Below are positions 1 through 11,400 of a stretch of 59,435 nt of DNA, piece after piece. The notes beneath the pieces are model-generated. The model had not been told where the DNA came from and ran no database searches. It was given only the letters and a program-made list of their open reading frames with translations. The stretch lies in IMG/VR virus record IMGVR_UViG_3300020401_000018, positions 1-59,435 of that record, one strand, 5' to 3'. The stretch comes from a virus (Duplodnaviria; Caudoviricetes). Position numbers and translations under genes: made by a program. Every line of letters starts with the position of its first letter. Position 1 is the stretch's first letter.

Positions 1-301
1 GTTATATAAAAGTAGAAGGTAATATAGTTTTTCCTGTGGAAAAACGATTTAAATCTGGACAGTAAAAATGAAAAATGATATAATACAAGTTCATCCAAAA
101 ATTAGAAAGGACTACACATGAGCAACACACTTCCGACTGAGTATCAGCAATTCATACACACATCTAGATATGCTAGATATTTAGATGAAGAAAATAGAAG
201 AGAGACTTGGACTGAGACAGTTGGTCGTTACTTTGATTATATGTCAGAGCATCTAAAGAAAAATTATAAATATAATTTAGACTCTACATTGCGACATGAG
301 T
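1..301. repeat. Terminal overlap, copy 1 (circular assembly)
   Basis: Matches 59135-59435; first 77 nt identical, then 12 substitutions. Confidence 0.97.
56..84 (+). promoter_or_regulatory. sigma70-type promoter for nrdJ
   Basis: TGGACA-17 nt-TATAAT with extended TG. Confidence 0.65.
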
Positions 302-2031
302 TGGAGAATGCTGTGTTGTCTACAGAAGTCATGCCATCTATGAGAGCTTTGATGACTGCGGGCCAAGCTTTAGATAAAGAACATGTAGCAGGATATAACT
401 GTAGTTATATTCCTATAGATAATGTACGAGCATTTGATGAACTTATGTACATACTGATGTGTGGAACTGGTGTTGGGTTTTCTGTTGAAAGAAATTTTGT
501 TCAACAACTGCCCCCAGTGCATGAGACAATGGAAGAAAGTGACACAGTTATAGTAGTTCAAGATAGTAAGACAGGGTGGGCAAAAGCATTTAAAGAATTA
601 CTAGCTATGTTATATGGAGGACAGATACCAAAGATTGATATAACTAAAGTAAGACCAGCAGGTGCTAGATTAAAAACATTTGGAGGTAGGGCTAGTGGTC
701 CACAACCTTTGGTCAATCTTTTTGACTTTGCTATAACTATGTTTAAGAATGCAACTGGCAGAAAATTAGATGCCATCGAGTGTCATGATTTGGTGTGCAA
801 GATTGGAGAGGTTGTAGTTGTTGGTGGTGTAAGACGTAGTGCTTTATTATCACTAAGTAATATACAAGATGATAGAATGCGTAAAGCGAAGAGCGGTCAA
901 TGGTGGGTCACTGACCCACATAGAGCTTTAGCTAATAACTCTGCTTGCTATACTAGAACTCCTGACATTGGTTTGTTTATGCATGAATGGAAAAGTTTAT
1001 TTGATAGTAAGTCAGGAGAACGTGGTATATTTAATAGGAAATCTGCCAAGGATAAAGCCGCAGAAAATGGTAGAAGAAATGTTGACTTTGACTTTGGTAC
1101 TAATCCTTGCTCTGAGATTATACTGCGTCCATATCAATTCTGTAATCTTACAGAAGTGGTAGTAAGAGGGGCAGATACACCATCATCTTTGAAGGCTAAA
1201 GTTAGATTGGCTACTATACTTGGTACATTCCAATCAACACTTACAGACTTTAAATATCTGCGTAAGATATGGAAAGATAATACAGAAGAAGAAAGACTAC
1301 TCGGTGTATCCTTGACAGGTATTATGGATAATCACTACACCAATTTACCTACTGCAGATTTCTTAAAGAAGCTTAGACAAACTGCTGTAGATATTAACAA
1401 AGAGTTAGCAAAGAAATTAAAGATACCACAATCTACAGCTATCACGTGTGTTAAACCATCTGGTACTGTAAGTCAGCTTGTAGATAGTGCGTCAGGTATA
1501 CACACACGACACAGTCCTTACTACATAAGAACAGTTCGTTGTGATACCAAAGATCCTTTGACTTCGTTTATGATCGAGCAAGGATTCCCGAATGAACCTG
1601 ATGTAACTAATCCAGATTCTGTTACTGTATTCTCTTTTCCAATAAAATCACCTGATCGTGCTGTATGTAGAAAAGATGTAGGAGCAATACAACAATTAGA
1701 AACATGGTTGATGTATCAAAAACATTGGTGTGAACATAAACCTTCAGTGACTATATCAGTTAAAGATCATGAATGGATGGACGTTGGTGCTTGGGTATAT
1801 AATAACTTTGATCACATAGCAGGTATAAGTTTCTTGCCTTATGCTGATCATGTTTATAAACAAGCACCGTATCAAGATTGTGACGAAGGACAATACAAAG
1901 AACTTTTAAAAACTATGCCGACTAACGTAGATTTTTCAGCGTTCAAAGAAGATCAAGATAATACCACAGGTTCTCAGGAGCTGGCTTGTACGGGCGGTGT
2001 CTGTGAATTAGTAGATGTTAGTGCAAATTAA
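118..2031 (+). CDS. nrdJ: Class II (adenosylcobalamin-dependent) ribonucleotide reductase, monomeric RTPR type
   Basis: GYNC, TNPCSEI, CVKPSGTVS and C-terminal CTGGVC motifs; no beta-subunit gene in the genome. Confidence 0.93.
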   Translation: MSNTLPTEYQQFIHTSRYARYLDEENRRETWTETVGRYFDYMSEHLKKNYKYNLDSTLRHELENAVLSTEVMPSMRALMTAGQALDKEHVAGYNCSYIPIDNVRAFDELMYILMCGTGVGFSVERNFVQQLPPVHETMEESDTVIVVQDSKTGWAKAFKELLAMLYGGQIPKIDITKVRPAGARLKTFGGRASGPQPLVNLFDFAITMFKNATGRKLDAIECHDLVCKIGEVVVVGGVRRSALLSLSNIQDDRMRKAKSGQWWVTDPHRALANNSACYTRTPDIGLFMHEWKSLFDSKSGERGIFNRKSAKDKAAENGRRNVDFDFGTNPCSEIILRPYQFCNLTEVVVRGADTPSSLKAKVRLATILGTFQSTLTDFKYLRKIWKDNTEEERLLGVSLTGIMDNHYTNLPTADFLKKLRQTAVDINKELAKKLKIPQSTAITCVKPSGTVSQLVDSASGIHTRHSPYYIRTVRCDTKDPLTSFMIEQGFPNEPDVTNPDSVTVFSFPIKSPDRAVCRKDVGAIQQLETWLMYQKHWCEHKPSVTISVKDHEWMDVGAWVYNNFDHIAGISFLPYADHVYKQAPYQDCDEGQYKELLKTMPTNVDFSAFKEDQDNTTGSQELACTGGVCELVDVSAN

Positions 2032-2034
2032 CAC

Positions 2035-2064
2035 TTGACAAATAACCCCGCCCCGTGGTATAAT
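2035..2064 (+). promoter_or_regulatory. sigma70-type promoter
   Basis: TTGACA-18 nt-TATAAT with extended TG. Confidence 0.8.
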
Positions 2065-2137
2065 ACGAATTAAGGGGGGCACAAGGGGCGAATTAATTTA
2101 GGTTAGTTTGCCCCTAGCTTTTTATAGGAGAGAGAAT

Positions 2138-2530
2138 ATGAAATATCACCCAGACTATCCCATCAAACTTAAGCCTGCTAAAAAATATACGCAGGAAGAT
2201 ATAGACAAATTAAAAAAACAAGAGACAGAAGCGGCGGCACAAGCTTATAAAGTATCACGTCGTCTAGGAAAAAGAGATAAAAATCATGCAGAAGCATACG
2301 GTGAGTATTTGAATCACAAAGCAAACTTATCTGAATTAAGAAGATATGAGAGAACAGGTGAGTGGTCTAACAATATGGTTCCAGGAACTAATCAAGAAAT
2401 ATATTACAGAGTGGTGGCTGAAGCGTACGATGATAATGGTAAATTAAAAAGTGCGCCTGAAGGATCTATTGTGGATGGACAAGGAAGAATTATTAACGAT
2501 GGAGATGTATCAAATGGTAACAGAAAATAA
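2138..2530 (+). CDS. Hypothetical protein
   Basis: ATG 2138 after AGGAG, downstream of promoter. Confidence 0.75.
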   Translation: MKYHPDYPIKLKPAKKYTQEDIDKLKKQETEAAAQAYKVSRRLGKRDKNHAEAYGEYLNHKANLSELRRYERTGEWSNNMVPGTNQEIYYRVVAEAYDDNGKLKSAPEGSIVDGQGRIINDGDVSNGNRK

Positions 2531-3746
2531 AAACTTAGAAGCATTAAATGCTGTAGTAGTTGCGAAAGGAAATAAATCTGAAGCAGCTAAAACTTTAGGC
2601 ATACCCAGAACTACTCTGGTAAGCAGACTAGAAGCGGCTGAAAGAGAGGGGCTGAAACCTTCTGTTAATCCTCCAGATACTCAAGCTGCCTTGATTGAAC
2701 AAAAGATTATATATGATTTACAAATTTCAGAATTAAAAAAACATATACAAGAACTTGCAAAAGAAAATATAACAGCTGAAAATGTACGTAAGATTGTATT
2801 CAAGTTAGAGAAGCATACACCTAAACCACCTAAGTGGTTAGTAAAATCTTCTCCTGCCAAGGGGGCACCTGGAGTTCCTACTTTGTTTTTATCAGATTTT
2901 CACTGGGGTGAAGTAGTTGATCCTGAGTCCATTAATAATCTAAATGACTACAACAATAAAATTGCACAAAAAAGATTAAGAACAACTGTAGAAACCACTA
3001 TTGATCTGTGTACAAATCACATGGTTAATCCTAAATATCCTGGAATTGTAGTAGCTCTAGGTGGCGACATGATCTCAGGCCACATTCATGAAGAGTTAAC
3101 TGAAACAAATGCAGGAACTAATATCGAATGTGTATTAGATTTGTTTGATCATTTAATATGGGCAATTGATTCTTTAGCAGATGTATTTGGTAAAGTATTT
3201 GTACCATGTGCTTATGGTAATCATGGCAGAATGTTTAAACAGTTCAGGCATAAACAAGCAGCAGCTACTAGCTTTGACTGGATGCTTTATCTAATGTTGG
3301 AAAAACATTACAAGAAAGATCCTCGTATTACATTTATGGTTCCTACGGGCTATGATGCTTACTACAAAGTATACAACATAAACTATTTATTAACACACGG
3401 AGATAGATTAGGAGCTAAAGGTGGAGCAGGTATAATAGGGATGCTTGGCCCAGTAGCTAGGGGTGTACAAAAAATAAAGACTGAGTATGCCACGCATAAG
3501 AAACCTATAGATTATGTTATTATGGGACACTGGCATCAGTACATAACTCTTAATGGAATTATAGTGAATGGTTCTTTGAAAGGATACGATGAGTATGCAG
3601 CTAGTTCTAGGTTTGCTTTTGAAATTCCTAAACAAGCTTTGTGGTTTACGCATCCTAAATACGGAGTTACTTTTCAGTTGCCGATACTTTCGGAAACTAA
3701 CACGATAACTAAAACTAAAAATGATTGGGTTCAGTGGGTAAAATAA
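2514..3746 (+). CDS. Fis-type HTH plus calcineurin-like metallophosphoesterase
   Basis: GNKSEAAKTLGIPRTTL HTH; SDFH, GGD, GNHG, THGD, GHWH motifs; GGAG before ATG 2514. Confidence 0.88.
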   Translation: MVTENKNLEALNAVVVAKGNKSEAAKTLGIPRTTLVSRLEAAEREGLKPSVNPPDTQAALIEQKIIYDLQISELKKHIQELAKENITAENVRKIVFKLEKHTPKPPKWLVKSSPAKGAPGVPTLFLSDFHWGEVVDPESINNLNDYNNKIAQKRLRTTVETTIDLCTNHMVNPKYPGIVVALGGDMISGHIHEELTETNAGTNIECVLDLFDHLIWAIDSLADVFGKVFVPCAYGNHGRMFKQFRHKQAAATSFDWMLYLMLEKHYKKDPRITFMVPTGYDAYYKVYNINYLLTHGDRLGAKGGAGIIGMLGPVARGVQKIKTEYATHKKPIDYVIMGHWHQYITLNGIIVNGSLKGYDEYAASSRFAFEIPKQALWFTHPKYGVTFQLPILSETNTITKTKNDWVQWVK

Positions 3747-3937
3747 AAGAAGCTATAAATACACTATGGGGTGCACCCGATAAAGGCATTGCAGGTGAGC
3801 CAGATCCAGAAGATTTAACGGTAGACAATGCCTATAAAACTAGATGGATATGGTATCACACTTTTATGGCTCTAGAGTTATTGATTATTATAGTGTTATT
3901 AGCAGGTATTTTAGTTACTATGGCAGTAAAATTATAA
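3725..3937 (+). CDS. Small membrane protein
   Basis: C-terminal hydrophobic helix LLIIIVLLAGILVTMAV; start uncertain. Confidence 0.7.
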   Translation: MGSVGKIKEAINTLWGAPDKGIAGEPDPEDLTVDNAYKTRWIWYHTFMALELLIIIVLLAGILVTMAVKL

Positions 3938-3938
3938 C

Positions 3939-3967
3939 TTGAATGTGCCCCCTTTATTTGATATAAT
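3939..3967 (+). promoter_or_regulatory. sigma70-type promoter (holin region)
   Basis: TTGAAT-17 nt-TATAAT with extended TG. Confidence 0.7.
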
Positions 3968-3973
3968 ATGTGT

Positions 3974-4144
3974 ATGAATGACAATAAAAAGACAGGTTTT
4001 GATCTACCTAAACCCGATGTGGGCATAGGTAAAGTACATATAGGCGGCGATGCTAAGCCTGTTCCTGATGATAAAAAAGATCCTATTGACGATCAATGGA
4101 AACATGTTAGTAGTAACTGGGATAGTTCATTCAATGACGACTAA
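3974..4144 (+). CDS. Small acidic hypothetical protein (56 aa, not in ORF track), probably leaderless
   Basis: MNDNKKTGFDLPKP...SSFNDD; ATG begins 7 nt after the -10 box. Confidence 0.6.
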   Translation: MNDNKKTGFDLPKPDVGIGKVHIGGDAKPVPDDKKDPIDDQWKHVSSNWDSSFNDD

Positions 4145-4265
4145 AGCTGACACATTTAAATCTTTAGTAGATATGTTAAATAAAAAATCTTTTGGAGAAA
4201 AGAATGATAGACAAAATAAAAGAAAAAATAAAAAGTATAATCGAAAAAATTAAAGGCTGTTTCTA

Positions 4266-4697
4266 ATGCCATTTGAAATGATAACTATGCTAGGCTCTAC
4301 CGTTCTCGGTGGAGTGATGAGCATATGGTCACAAAGTATAAAAGCTAAACAAGCTGAACAAAAGATGCTTTTACAAAGGGCAGAAGCACAGACTAATGCG
4401 TTTAGAGAAGCAAGAGAGTATGAGAACGTAGGTTTTCAATGGACAAGAAGAATCATAGCATTGACTGCTATTTTTGCAATTGTTGTTTTACCTAAGATAC
4501 TTCCTCTAATAGATCCACAAGCACAGGTAATAGTTGGATATACAGAATGGAAGCCTGGCTTCTTATTCTTTGAAGGTAAAGAAGTAATGCAATGGGTGCC
4601 TATGGCTCAGCGAGGAATTATTATAACTCCATTAGATACTAATTTAGTAGCGGCTATTATTGGTTTATACTTTGGTGGTAGTTTAGTTAAAAAATAA
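4266..4697 (+). CDS. Putative holin (3-TM, GTA-holin-like)
   Basis: Three hydrophobic segments; WTRRII; C-terminal GLYFGG followed by KK. Confidence 0.65.
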   Translation: MPFEMITMLGSTVLGGVMSIWSQSIKAKQAEQKMLLQRAEAQTNAFREAREYENVGFQWTRRIIALTAIFAIVVLPKILPLIDPQAQVIVGYTEWKPGFLFFEGKEVMQWVPMAQRGIIITPLDTNLVAAIIGLYFGGSLVKK

Positions 4698-5311
4698 TGC
4701 AACAAAAAATTTGGCCTACTTTTGTAGACTTCGGTCTAGTTGATAGAGATTACACTTTTTTAAAAAATTTTATATCAAAAGAAGAAAGCCAATTAGCTTA
4801 TTACTATTCACTAATTAAAGCTATTAATCCATCTGAGACAGAAGACTCGCAGTCTCCTGGTTGGGACATTAGGAGTAATGATCCAATTGGTTTAGCCTTA
4901 TTGTATAAGGTTAAGAAGAAGATGGAAGCTTATGCTAATAAAAAATTATTTCCAACTTATTGTTATTATAGAGTTTATAAACAAGGTTCTGTTTTACTTC
5001 CACATATTGATAGACCGTCGTGCGAATATTCGGCTACCGTTTGTTTAGGATATAATAATTCCAATATACTTAATTACAATTGGCCTTTTCGTGTAGGCAA
5101 AGAAATGTTTATGATGCAACCAGGTGATGCGGTGTTATATAAAGGCTGTGATGTCACTCATTCTAGAGTTGGTAAATATGGAGGTATTGCCCAGACACAA
5201 ATTTTTCTACACTATGTAGATGCCGAAGGGCCTTTTAAAGATTTTAAACATGACAAGAAATGTGGGACAGAATGTTTGTTATGTGAAATAGAAGAGAGAT
5301 CTTTATTATAA
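4697..5311 (+). CDS. 2OG-Fe(II) oxygenase
   Basis: HID(RPSCEYS)...HSR; QIFLHYV. Confidence 0.85.
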   Translation: MQQKIWPTFVDFGLVDRDYTFLKNFISKEESQLAYYYSLIKAINPSETEDSQSPGWDIRSNDPIGLALLYKVKKKMEAYANKKLFPTYCYYRVYKQGSVLLPHIDRPSCEYSATVCLGYNNSNILNYNWPFRVGKEMFMMQPGDAVLYKGCDVTHSRVGKYGGIAQTQIFLHYVDAEGPFKDFKHDKKCGTECLLCEIEERSLL

Positions 5312-5448
5312 TGAAAGCAGCGATAGTATCTGTCATTATATTTGCAATATCCGTAGCTTTAATCTTACACTATTCACCCTACGGCGGACAGCATAATCCA
5401 ATGGAATGGTTAATTTGGATATATAGAAATGTTAGTTGGAATCTTTAA
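5311..5448 (+). CDS. Small membrane protein (45 aa, not in ORF track)
   Basis: TAATG coupling; MKAAIVSVIIFAISVALIL. Confidence 0.5.
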   Translation: MKAAIVSVIIFAISVALILHYSPYGGQHNPMEWLIWIYRNVSWNL

Positions 5449-8400
5449 TATTTAAAGACTCACGCATCTTATCTTTTAAACGTTTTGTGCTTTTATCAGT
5501 CTGAAGATTACGGTATGTTGTATTTGCTTGCTGTATTCCTTCTGATCGTAATCTACTTAACTGTGGAAAGTACATGTATTCGTATCCTACTTTGTTATTA
5601 AACGCCATAACCTCTCTCATAATTTTATTAATTTCTAGTTGTGCATCTCTAACCATGTCTGGATCACGGTTTACGTTTAGTCCTATGTACATGTCTCGGT
5701 AGGCTCTTTTAAGTTTAGTATTAAATCCTCTAATTTTTCCACTATACTTACCCTCTATTGCTTTGTCGTAGTATAGAGCAGTTCTTTCTTTAGAAATTTT
5801 AGTAGGAGTAAATCCCATACCTTGTTTTATTAAATCTAAAGCCGTTAAATCTGCGGTAACAATAGTGCCGTATTTAGTTTCTACGTATCCTTCAGTTGGA
5901 TATTTATATGTAGCTCTGTATAAATTTTTAATGAACGTAGGCATAGCAGCCATGTATAAATCTAAATCTTCATAAAATGCTGCAACTCCATCTTTTGCAA
6001 ATATGTCTTTCATTTCTCTAGCTGAGTCTATAAATACTGCACCAGGTGCTCCTAAGAATTCTTCAACTCTAGCTCCAGTAGGGAAACCTAGCATATTTAA
6101 AAGTGCTCTTATCTGAGCAGATCCTGGTACTTCACCTAAAGATAGTCTACGCTGTACACTTGCCCCCGTTCCTGCTTCTATGACACCTTGCATTAAATAT
6201 TCTGTAGCTTGTGGGCCTACAGTTTCTGCAAACATTTCACGCATCACAGTTCTCATGTCTTCATTTACACCTCTCATTCTTTGTATCAGTCTATAAACTT
6301 GATCAAGCTCTTCCATGCCTGGCATACCCATTAATCCTCCTGTAGCAAACAACATGAGCATAACTCTTGCAAACATTTTTCTACCTTGAGGGCCACCCTG
6401 TGTCATTAGTCTGTGTAATAGGAAGAACATTTGACTTATATAAGTTTGGAATAAGAAGAATACTGAGCCAGGTCCTCTCATAATTTTAGGTCTATTTGCT
6501 TTAGAATAATCACCAAACGTATCGTCAACTAATATTCTGGCAAAGTCCTGTCGAGTAGCTACGCCACCTCTACGTTCTTTATAAGCATTCCACAATTTAT
6601 TGGACGATCCATAGTAATCGTTTGCTTTTTCCATTACAGCATCATTATTGGCTATTCTATATGCAGATATGTAAGCGGTTAAACGAGATATAGTTTCGAA
6701 GGTATTAAAGACACCGCCCATAATGCTTTGTTCAAATTGTCTTGTTCTAGCTCGTGCTTTTGTTTTTTCAGTTGGAGTCATAGCGTAACCTGGAGCCATG
6801 CCTGCTTCGTATATTGCTTGTCCTTGTTTAATAATACCATTAGCCACATCTTCTTTGACTGCTTCTCTAACGTCTGCAGGTATCTTATCAAAGTCTAAAT
6901 AAACATCATTGAATTCATTGTTGGTAAACGTAATCATTTTACCTACATCTGCAGCAGCTCTTGTCATTTCTTTTAGAACTACAGCAGAATTACTAAACTG
7001 AGCTAAAATTGGTCCAGTAAACTGCACCGCACTCATTATTTGTAGTATACCAGACGATAGGTTACCGCCTAAAAACCACCAGAATCCCATTCGTCTAAGC
7101 GATGCAAACTCATGATGGTGTGCATTATCTACGCCATAATCTACCATATTCTGTATAGCTTCTCGTAGCCTTGGTCTTTGATTACCTGATTGTTCTGTAT
7201 ATTTTATAGCGGATGATGTTCTATCACGCACCTCTTTTAAGAATCTATTTCTTGCAGCATACTCTGATGCCACCATACCAAACGAAGTAATACCTCTTAG
7301 TATATCTCCATCAAATCCTGGTACACCTCCAATTTGTTTTCTTCCTCGTAAGAATTGATCAAATCCCACTAAGGTGCCCCCACCTATTCGCCTATCTAAT
7401 TCTTTTCTAGCTTCTGCATAAGCTGTCGCTGTAGGTTCTGACATCCTAGATGCTAATAAATCTAGCATAGAAAACTCTTCTATTAATTTTTGACGCATAG
7501 TAGGTTTATCTTCTTTTACATCTGATATCTCAAACCCTGCGGATGGTGGATAAAGTCTAGCAAGTTTTTGCAAGACTTGATTTTTCTTACCCTCAAATGT
7601 GTTTCCTGTTGCACGTTCTTCTACAAAAGGTTTTTCTATACTTTCAGCATGAATTATTTTGCCTTCAGAATCTTTAACAGTAACGTAGAATTCTCCATAT
7701 CTTTGTAGTGGCACATAATCAAATGTCTTGTAGTCTTCATATATGCCTAGTTGTTTTTGTAAAGCTTTTAGTCCTTGTTCTTCTGTCCCTAGTAACTGTT
7801 GGATAACAGGAAGAGGGGCAAATAATTCTAATTGTGCTGAATCTATTTGTCTCTGTTCCATTGTCTGTAGTCCAATTACTATAGCACTTAGTTGTTGAAA
7901 GTTAATATTTTCCACAGTATCTTTATTCAATGCACTGACATCTAAACCTGATCGTTGTAATAAATTAGGATCCATTATATTTATCATTTGAGCAGCGTTA
8001 ATAATATCATCTACATAGTTAGATGCGATAGTTCCCTTTTTTATTTCTTCAAGTATGTTTTGTATTGCTAACTGAGCTTCTTCATAAGCTATGGCAATAT
8101 CACCCTCTAGTATAACTATCTCACCCTTTTTTATGGTTATTAGATTTTCACCGAAGCCGCCTGTGGTCATGTCTATTGGTGATACAAATATAATTTGACC
8201 GTTGGCATCTCTTCTGTATCTACCTTGTGCACCTTCTTGTTGAGATATTATGTGAGCTTTAGCTAGTGCCACCTTTGCTCCTTCCACATTGTTTATAACA
8301 TCAAAGTATAGGCGCATGTTCATAACAAATTGTGTTTGTATTTCTCTACCTTTTTGCTCCATCTTAGATATTGAATCCCATAAACGTGCAACTACAGGAT

Positions 8401-11400
8401 ATTTGGTAGCAAAGTTTCTGGCATGATTTGCCCACTTACCAAATAAACTTATATCTTTTAAACTAGCTTCTTTACCATCTTCAAATATTTTATCAGTAGC
8501 TTCTGCTGTATCTTTAAGTAATTTGTTACCTTCTTTTTGTTGCTGCCTGTTCATTGTTTCAGGTTTACTTAACTCATCATCTGCAACTGACTCTTGCATT
8601 TGCACTGATGCTTGATAGTTTATGTCTGTAAAATCTGGATTGCTGTTGAACTCAACCTCTTGTATTTGATTGCTATCAAAAACTATAAAAGATTCCTGTG
8701 CCCCTTTTTCTACTCCCCTATCAAAATCACCTGCACGCATGCCTTCAGCCATGTTAACATATACAATACCATCATAACCTCTTTCTTTTATTTTTTTTAC
8801 TAAGTAAGCTGACTGCATATTTTTGTAATTTTTAAACTGACTTTTACCCTCCATAAAGTTAGCCTCAATTTCTCCTAACGCACGAGATATTGCAGCATTT
8901 TCTTTTTCTGTAAATAGAACAGGAGAAACATCAATAGTGTTATAAAAAGTTCTAAAAGCTCTAAAGTTTTTACTGGTAGGTGTTTCAGTAAGCCTCTCTA
9001 AAACTTCAAATGTATCCCAGTTTCCCATGTCTGGCATCCTTAATGGATTGTTAATGTATAATATTGCTGTATTAATACTACCTAAATCTTCCTCAGTTGC
9101 TTCGTCTATATCAAAGCGACCATCTTGAAATAATACGCCGCCCGTTTTTGTTCGTCTTCCTACAACTGGTATTAGCGTAGTCTCTCCTCGCCTTACTTTC
9201 ATGTTGTATCTATCTTTTGCTTGCATTTCACTGCTTGCAAAATGCAAACCTAATTCACTAATTTTACCTGTTTCAAGCACAGGAATAGTTGAACCTTGAG
9301 AAGTAAAGTGATATGTCTTTTTAATAGAACCTGCTATTCTTAAATCAGATTCAGTCGGTAATGTAATTCTATTTAATCTGTTAGTAAATATTTCTACGCC
9401 TTGAGTTCTAGAATTTAAAGAAGCTAAAAGGTTCATCACTTGTCTTTGTGCCCTGGTTGCAGTCCCTAATTCCATAGCACTGAATGTTTCAAACTTGTCT
9501 GCAAAATTTAAATCTGCACTTTGTAAAGAAGCTATTGCTGCATTCAGTTCTTGAGAAGTTACTTTCTTTAGCTCTGCTAGATAATAATTAGCTTCACTTA
9601 TATTTGGTAGACCCACTTTAGTTGTAAGCGATTTCATTAAACCGTTTACTAACGCAGTTATTTTCCGTAAACTTGGATCAGTCATTAATCCCGTTCTTGG
9701 TTGTTGATATAATATGAATGAATTATATAAACCTATGTTATCTGTAATACTTCCTGTATTATATCCTGAATTTAATACTTTAGTTTTTTTAAGTCCTCTT
9801 TGTATAAATGCCTGGGCTTCGTCTACAGATATGCCTGCAGCTTTAGCTATGTTACTTATCTCTGTGGTTTCCATAACAGCTTTAGACATGATAGCTCGTC
9901 TTGCTATAACTGTGCCATAGTCTAATTTATCAAACACTTGATTGGCTCCATTTAATCCATTGTTTCTAAGTATATTCGCTAACGTAATTAAATAAGTTCT
10001 TATCCTTTCAAATACTCTACCTATTATACCTTTAGGACTATCTAATGCCCCATTTGGGGTGGTTGCCATATATTCTGCAAAGTAGTCAGAGATTGCTTCT
10101 TCTTCCATTTGACTTTGATTTAAACCAAACGGACCATATCTATTTTTAATGTTGTATCTATTAATTAAAGTTTTTCGAGCCGCATCACGTAATACGTTTT
10201 GTTCCTTTGGTGTTAATAAATTATTAAATATATAATGCATTGATTCATGATGCATGGTGTAACGTTGTGAATCTGCTAGCGCTATATTGTCAACAGGAGT
10301 AGTAGCATTCATAGCAACTTCAATTAAACCTAAACCTCCAAAGTATCTACCGTTTAATACTGTGCCCTCTTCTGTCATTATAGAATCAACTAATCTAATG
10401 CTAAGATTGTCTAGCCCTAGTTGATTAAGCTCTTTCTGAAACTGATCACTAATTACAGCCATTGACTTTATAGCTTCAAGTGATAGCTTTGGACGATCTA
10501 AAGAATTAGGATAGTTTGAGACACTCCAATAAGTATCTACATTTTTTTCGTACACATTTTCATCATACCCATATAACTCTTTTCTTATTTGTCTAATTTG
10601 TTTTTTAACTTTTTCTATTGTTTGAGCGCCAGGTATTCTTGGTTTGTTATCTTTAAAATTCAACAAAGGTTCTATGTTAAAACTTTCTAGTAAGGTATTT
10701 AATTCTTTTCTTTTTGCTAAAGAAACTTCTATTATATCTTGAAACTCTTGTATCTTTTCAGTCTGGTCTATGTAAGTTGCTTTTTGCTCATCAGTTAACG
10801 CTTCAACTTCCGCCGCTGAAAGACCTTCTGCCCCTCCCTTTCTTTGACTCTCTAAGAATTTTATTTCTTTCCTAGCTGTATCTACCATTATGTCTGAGTA
10901 AACAAATACAGTGCCTGTTCCGAATCTAATTAGTGGAGTGTATTCAGTTCTAGCCTTATCTAGTGCCCCTTGTAACGCATTTATTTCTATTTGATTTTTT
11001 TGTTTCTTAGCTATTTTTAAAGCAGCTCTAAGCATTTGTTTAGGATTAAACTTAATACCTTGGACATCTAATCTATTTAATATATCAACTATAGCATCTA
11101 TTCTTCCTAAAGCACTTGACGCTTCTAATACTCTAGCTTCTTTTTGAGTTTGTAAATCGTTTATCTGAATATTTATATCTCTTATATTTTGTTTATACGT
11201 AGGATCTTTTGTATCTAGATTTCTTTTTTGTAATCTTAACGATTGTATTTCTTCATCAACCTTTGCAGTTTCAAAGTCTGCTAGTTTTTGTTGCTGTGTT
11301 AAGTTTTCAAACTCTTGATCATTCCGCTGATTTAAAGGGGGCACCCTACGACTCTCTACTAAAGTTCTTGTACTTACTGTCATAGGCTCATATGGAATGC

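Noticed and set aside
1-301. Biological direct terminal repeat
   Set aside because: It cuts through the helicase and nrdJ genes, is imperfect, and its exact 77-nt head resembles an assembler k-mer overlap.
4050-4266. 67-aa ORF 4050-4253
   Set aside because: Overlaps the better-supported 3974-4144; shorter starts at 4134 or 4204 are possible but unsupported.
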